From Minisyncoccota bacterium (GTDB lineage Bacteria > Patescibacteriota > Minisyncoccia > Phycocordibacterales > SBAW01): a stretch of DNA of 64,000 nt. Positions 63,461 through 64,000 of the stretch are shown one piece after another (the stretch's first letter is position 1; each line of letters starts with the position of its first letter). The stretch covers positions 32,681 through 96,680 of the forward strand of contig DASZWN010000002.1 of the NCBI GenBank assembly GCA_035546575.1. Reading direction: 5' to 3'. The notes below the pieces were generated by a model. It worked only from the letters and a program-made list of their open reading frames with translations, searched no databases and was not told the DNA's origin. A program made the position numbers and the translations under genes.

Positions 63461-64000
63461 TTATTCAAGGTTCTCCGGCAGGAGGATCTTGAGCAGTTTT
63501 TTGAGAGAGACTTTGGCGACCCCTAGTACGGTATCCGCGCCACCATAATAGATAAAAATGTTGTCACCGCGCAGGATTGCTCCGCAAGAAAATACCGCGT
63601 TGCGGACAATGCCCACCTTCTCGTACTCCTCGAGCGGTTCAAATATGGTATCGACGCTGCGCGAGAGCACGATGGATGGGTTTTTAAGATCAAGCAGCAC
63701 CGCTCCAAGGCGGTAGGTAGAGGTCTTAGAGACCCCGTGATAAATCAGGAGCCAGCCTTTTTTGGTCTTGATAGGAGGCCCGGCAATGCCGATCTTGGTG
63801 CTGTCCCACATGCCAGGGCGTGGCCCCATGATCTCGATACAGCGCGTGAGCCGGCTCTCTTTAAAATTGAGTGTATCGAGAAAATCCGCGCACAATTGGG
63901 GGTCGATACGGTGAAGCAGCATGTATTGTCCGCCGATTTTTTCGGGGAAGAGACACGTGTCTTTGTCGTTAACGCCGTCGGGCGTGGTGAGCTGCGGTCT
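63461..64000 (-). CDS. Glycoside hydrolase family 130-like (mannoside phosphorylase family) protein, 3' part; the gene continues past the window end
   Basis: IYYGGADTVLGVA C-terminal motif. The frame stays open upstream of the listed ATG to position 64000 (...DGVNDKDTCLFPEKIGGQYMLLHR). Confidence 0.55.
   Translation of the reverse strand, partial: RPQLTTPDGVNDKDTCLFPEKIGGQYMLLHRIDPQLCADFLDTLNFKESRLTRCIEIMGPRPGMWDSTKIGIAGPPIKTKKGWLLIYHGVSKTSTYRLGAVLLDLKNPSIVLSRSVDTIFEPLEEYEKVGIVRNAVFSCGAILRGDNIFIYYGGADTVLGVAKVSLKKLLKILLPENLE

Overview
This 64-kb window comes from a compact, GC-rich bacterial genome and is coding-dense. Most of it is housekeeping genes in conserved micro-synteny: dnaE (5' part), rnhB, rpmF, nusB, rnc, smc, rnr, rpsP-KH-trmD, a fused rpoB-rpoC, dnaG-rpoD, hisS, truB and nrdAB. 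The second half is accessory: a type IV pilus locus (pilB, pilC, four pilin-like genes including a vWA tip protein, and a major pilin), and a large cell-envelope/exopolysaccharide locus with GT2 synthases, CE4 deacetylases, peptidoglycan-binding modules and a two-component system. It also holds a Fur / ParA-like / CDA-fold deaminase group and scattered nuclease-like genes of unclear function. There is no rRNA, no convincing tRNA and no CRISPR array. Noteworthy points: several unusual fusions (RpoB-RpoC, NusB-Nudix, CE4+GT2), a hinge-less short SMC, a NADAR gene where rimM normally sits in the S16 operon, a PaaX-like regulator bracketed by two 30-bp operator-like palindromes, a promoter / structured RNA / terminator unit upstream of rpoBC, an 86-nt nested hairpin between dnaG and rpoD, a 12-mer-core palindromic repeat embedded in-frame in rnhB and the NrdA tail, a 59-aa RHH-like ORF absent from the ORF track, and a 171-bp intragenic direct repeat. 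The many fusions, the reduced SMC, the missing rimM/rplS and the several pilins would fit a reduced-genome monoderm lineage (possibly CPR/Patescibacteria-like), but this is inference only. All calls are from reading the sequence; no database searches were run.
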